Shown here: positions 62,055 to 64,000 of the stretch, piece by piece
Numbering within the stretch: the stretch's first letter is position 1
How the letters are laid out: every line of letters begins with the position of its first letter
Assembly: GCA_964640195.1 (NCBI GenBank)
Contig: CAZXIC010000003.1
Location: 20,438-84,437 of the forward strand
Reading direction: 5' to 3'
DNA: 64,000 nt
DNA from: an uncultured archaeon
GTDB lineage: Archaea; Iainarchaeota; Iainarchaeia; Iainarchaeales; GCA-2688035
Made by a program: the position numbers and the translations under genes
The notes under the pieces: model-generated
Told to the model about the DNA's origin: nothing
The model's database searches: none
What the model saw: only the letters and a program-made list of their open reading frames with translations

Positions 62055-63104
62055 ATGGCAAAAACAAAGGTTTTTGGGTACTCTGGCGGAACTTTTTCAG
62101 AGAAGGAATTAGCCAAGGCCAGGCAAGAAAGAATCCCTCTTACACTTGATTTGGCTGTTCCCTGCAGCTGCTTTAACAATTGCATTTTTTGTGGCTATAG
62201 GTTCACTCAAGAAGGAAAAAGGCTTTCAACTGCCGAGATTCTAAGAATAGTTGACGAATTCAAGGAACTTGGAGGAAAGAGCATTAAGATTGTTGGAGAA
62301 GGCGAACCATTGCTTAGGGACGATATTCTCAAAATACTTAAATACATACACTCAATTGGACTAAAGCCCGTTCTTTTTACCTGCGGCGATGTCTTGGGTG
62401 ATGGCGAGTTAGTCAAATCCATCCATGGAATAAACAGTACAAGATTTATTAACAAATTGAAAAAATTTGATATAACGGTAATGCTAAAATATGAAATGGA
62501 GAACGAAGACCAGATTGTCGGACGAGAGGGCTTCTCTGAGCTGAGAAACAAGGCCCTGAAATTATTGATAAAGGCCGGGCTTAATAAACCACGCCCAACA
62601 AATCTTGGTTTTGGCATAGTTGTTTTGAAAGAGAATGCAAAAGAAATTCCCCTGGCATATGAGATGGCTTTGGAGAGAAATATCTATCCTCTTCTCTGTC
62701 CTCTAATGCCTGTGGGCAAAGTAAAAGAAAAGGCATACCGTGAAAAGCTTATGCTAGACAGCAAGAGACTGGTTTCTTTAACTGTAAAACTCCATTCAAT
62801 TGCCGGCAAAAAAGGAGTTTGTTTAGAAGAGGTTGCAGATTTTCCTGGTGGCTTGCCTTGCGACATTGCAAGAGCCGGCTTTTTCATAGGCAGCACTGGC
62901 AACATCTATCTCTGTGAATCCGAAGAAAACATTGGAAATATTAGAAACATGGCGTTGAAAGAAGCTTGGGCAAAAATCCTTGACTTCAAGAATAGAAAAT
63001 ACGCTGGCTGTAGATGGGATGGCAAATGCTTTGAAAAGCGTAGGCTTGGAATAATCCCAAATAATTTTGAATTGAAAGTAAAACAGAAACTTGAGGCGCA
63101 TTAA
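62055..63104 (+). CDS. Radical SAM enzyme with a SPASM/twitch-like C-terminal Cys motif
   Basis: CFNNCIFC (CX3CX2C), GEGEPLL. C-terminal C-x12-G-x4-C (CDIARAGFFIGSTGNIYLC) then CRWDGKC. Confidence 0.8.
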   Translation: MAKTKVFGYSGGTFSEKELAKARQERIPLTLDLAVPCSCFNNCIFCGYRFTQEGKRLSTAEILRIVDEFKELGGKSIKIVGEGEPLLRDDILKILKYIHSIGLKPVLFTCGDVLGDGELVKSIHGINSTRFINKLKKFDITVMLKYEMENEDQIVGREGFSELRNKALKLLIKAGLNKPRPTNLGFGIVVLKENAKEIPLAYEMALERNIYPLLCPLMPVGKVKEKAYREKLMLDSKRLVSLTVKLHSIAGKKGVCLEEVADFPGGLPCDIARAGFFIGSTGNIYLCESEENIGNIRNMALKEAWAKILDFKNRKYAGCRWDGKCFEKRRLGIIPNNFELKVKQKLEAH

Positions 63105-63282
63105 GATGCAGATTTACAATACACGAATTGAAATAATGGTTGAGGCAAGGAATCCCAACAGCCTGTTAGACCAGGTAACTGCTTCTTTAACAGAAAAATT
63201 TGGAGAGCTTCCCCTACGTTTCGCTATTGTTGATGCAAAGAAAAATAAATTGGTTGTTGAGGCAACAGTTGTAGGTGAATGA
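63091..63282 (+). CDS. Small protein overlapping the radical-SAM gene's 3' end
   Basis: MQIYNTRIEIMVEARNPNSLLDQVTASLTEKFGELPLRFAIVDAKKNKLVVEATVVGE, from the internal ATG at 63106. No Cys. Confidence 0.35.
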   Translation: MRRIKMQIYNTRIEIMVEARNPNSLLDQVTASLTEKFGELPLRFAIVDAKKNKLVVEATVVGE

Positions 63283-63283
63283 A

Positions 63284-64000
63284 ATGAAGCCCTTTATTGT
63301 CGTCCATATTGTGCCAACCGGAATAATGGCTTCTGTTGGAGGTTTTGTAGGAGATGCCACTCCATACACCAATTTAATTGCTTCAATAAGTGATACTGTA
63401 ATCATTAACCCAAACGTCGTAAATGGCGTGCTTTTGAATCTGGCAAAAGAAAACGTGCTCTATGTTGAAGGATTCCATTTGGACAGGTTCTTCTTAGGAG
63501 AAACTACATTGAGGCCTATTCATTCAAACAAGATTGGTGTAATACTTGATAGACCGAGTGAGGAATTGAGAAACTTTGCAATCAACACAATCAATGCCAT
63601 CAAATCCAATAAGGGCATCGGAGTAACAAAGGTAGTGGAAACCAAAGAGCCTGTAAACGGAATAGTAGAAACAAATAAATCAGGAGCCTTTGTAGGCAAA
63701 ATTCCCAAACCAGAAATATTTTTGAAAGAAGCAGAAAAACTAGTCAAAGGCGGAGCAGAGGCGATAGCAATAGCAACACAAATTAAGGTTAAAGAAAAAC
63801 AACTAAACAGCTATTTCAGAGGCAAGGCACCAAATCCTTACGGCGGATTAGAGGCAATAATTTCGCATCTGATTTCAAAAGAGTTTGGCATACAATCAGC
63901 CCACGCACCGCTCACTTTACCAGACAAAAAACTGTTTGAAAGAGGAGTAGTTGACGAAAGAGCTGCAGCAGAAGCAATTGGAACCGCTTACCTTGGTTCA
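63284..64000 (+). CDS. DUF3326-like protein, 3'-truncated by the window edge (absent from the ORF track)
   Basis: Frame open from the ATG at 63284 to the window end. IVHIVPTGIMASVGGFVGDATPY...NPNVVNG...YVEGFHLDRF...NPYGGLEAIISH resembles the DUF3326 PTGIGAxIGGxAGDA pattern, from memory. Confidence 0.45.
   Translation, partial: MKPFIVVHIVPTGIMASVGGFVGDATPYTNLIASISDTVIINPNVVNGVLLNLAKENVLYVEGFHLDRFFLGETTLRPIHSNKIGVILDRPSEELRNFAINTINAIKSNKGIGVTKVVETKEPVNGIVETNKSGAFVGKIPKPEIFLKEAEKLVKGGAEAIAIATQIKVKEKQLNSYFRGKAPNPYGGLEAIISHLISKEFGIQSAHAPLTLPDKKLFERGVVDERAAAEAIGTAYLGS

Overview
This is an archaeal chromosomal segment; the lineage cannot be fixed from the window alone. Its core is the conserved exosome/proteasome superoperon on the minus strand: pop5, psmA, SBDS, rrp4, rrp41, rrp42, eL43, rpoP, pcc1, pfdB. 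Other housekeeping genes include eL15, aIF5A, an Sm protein, Trm5, adk, ahcY, ScpA, NikR, a MinD-type ATPase, a site-2 protease and YggS. There are four tRNAs. tRNA-Ala carries a 73-nt canonical intron, and tRNA-Val(GAC) carries a ~33-nt insertion in the D-loop. Two integrase-led accessory regions are present. The first (about 39.7-48.0 kb) has an MCM-like AAA+ gene, an iteron cluster and a large terminase, but no recognisable portal or capsid. The second lies directly 3' of tRNA-Ser (55.3 to about 60.9 kb) and carries a Panacea-domain/PIN-like candidate toxin-antitoxin pair. The most unusual signal, in my reading, is a recurring and uncharacterised gene neighbourhood. V4R (4-vinyl-reductase) domain proteins sit in tight minus-strand operons with KaiC-like ATPases, prenyltransferases (GGGPS/PcrB family in one locus, UppS in another) and wHTH proteins, at 4.9-9.2 kb, 11.7-13.1 kb and 48.9-51.7 kb. 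The first and third loci lie in visibly AT-rich patches. Other items worth a second look: a Lrp-tandem / radical-SAM(SPASM-like) / small ORF / DUF3326-like cluster at the 3' edge; an NYN / DUF4388-like / Roadblock-like / MinD / Sm operon; a 17-nt palindrome present three times, twice inside a conserved promoter block; a candidate structured ncRNA at about 48.1 kb; and two homopolymer frameshifts. All family calls come from reading the translations and motifs by eye, with no database search. No CRISPR array and no rRNA were seen.
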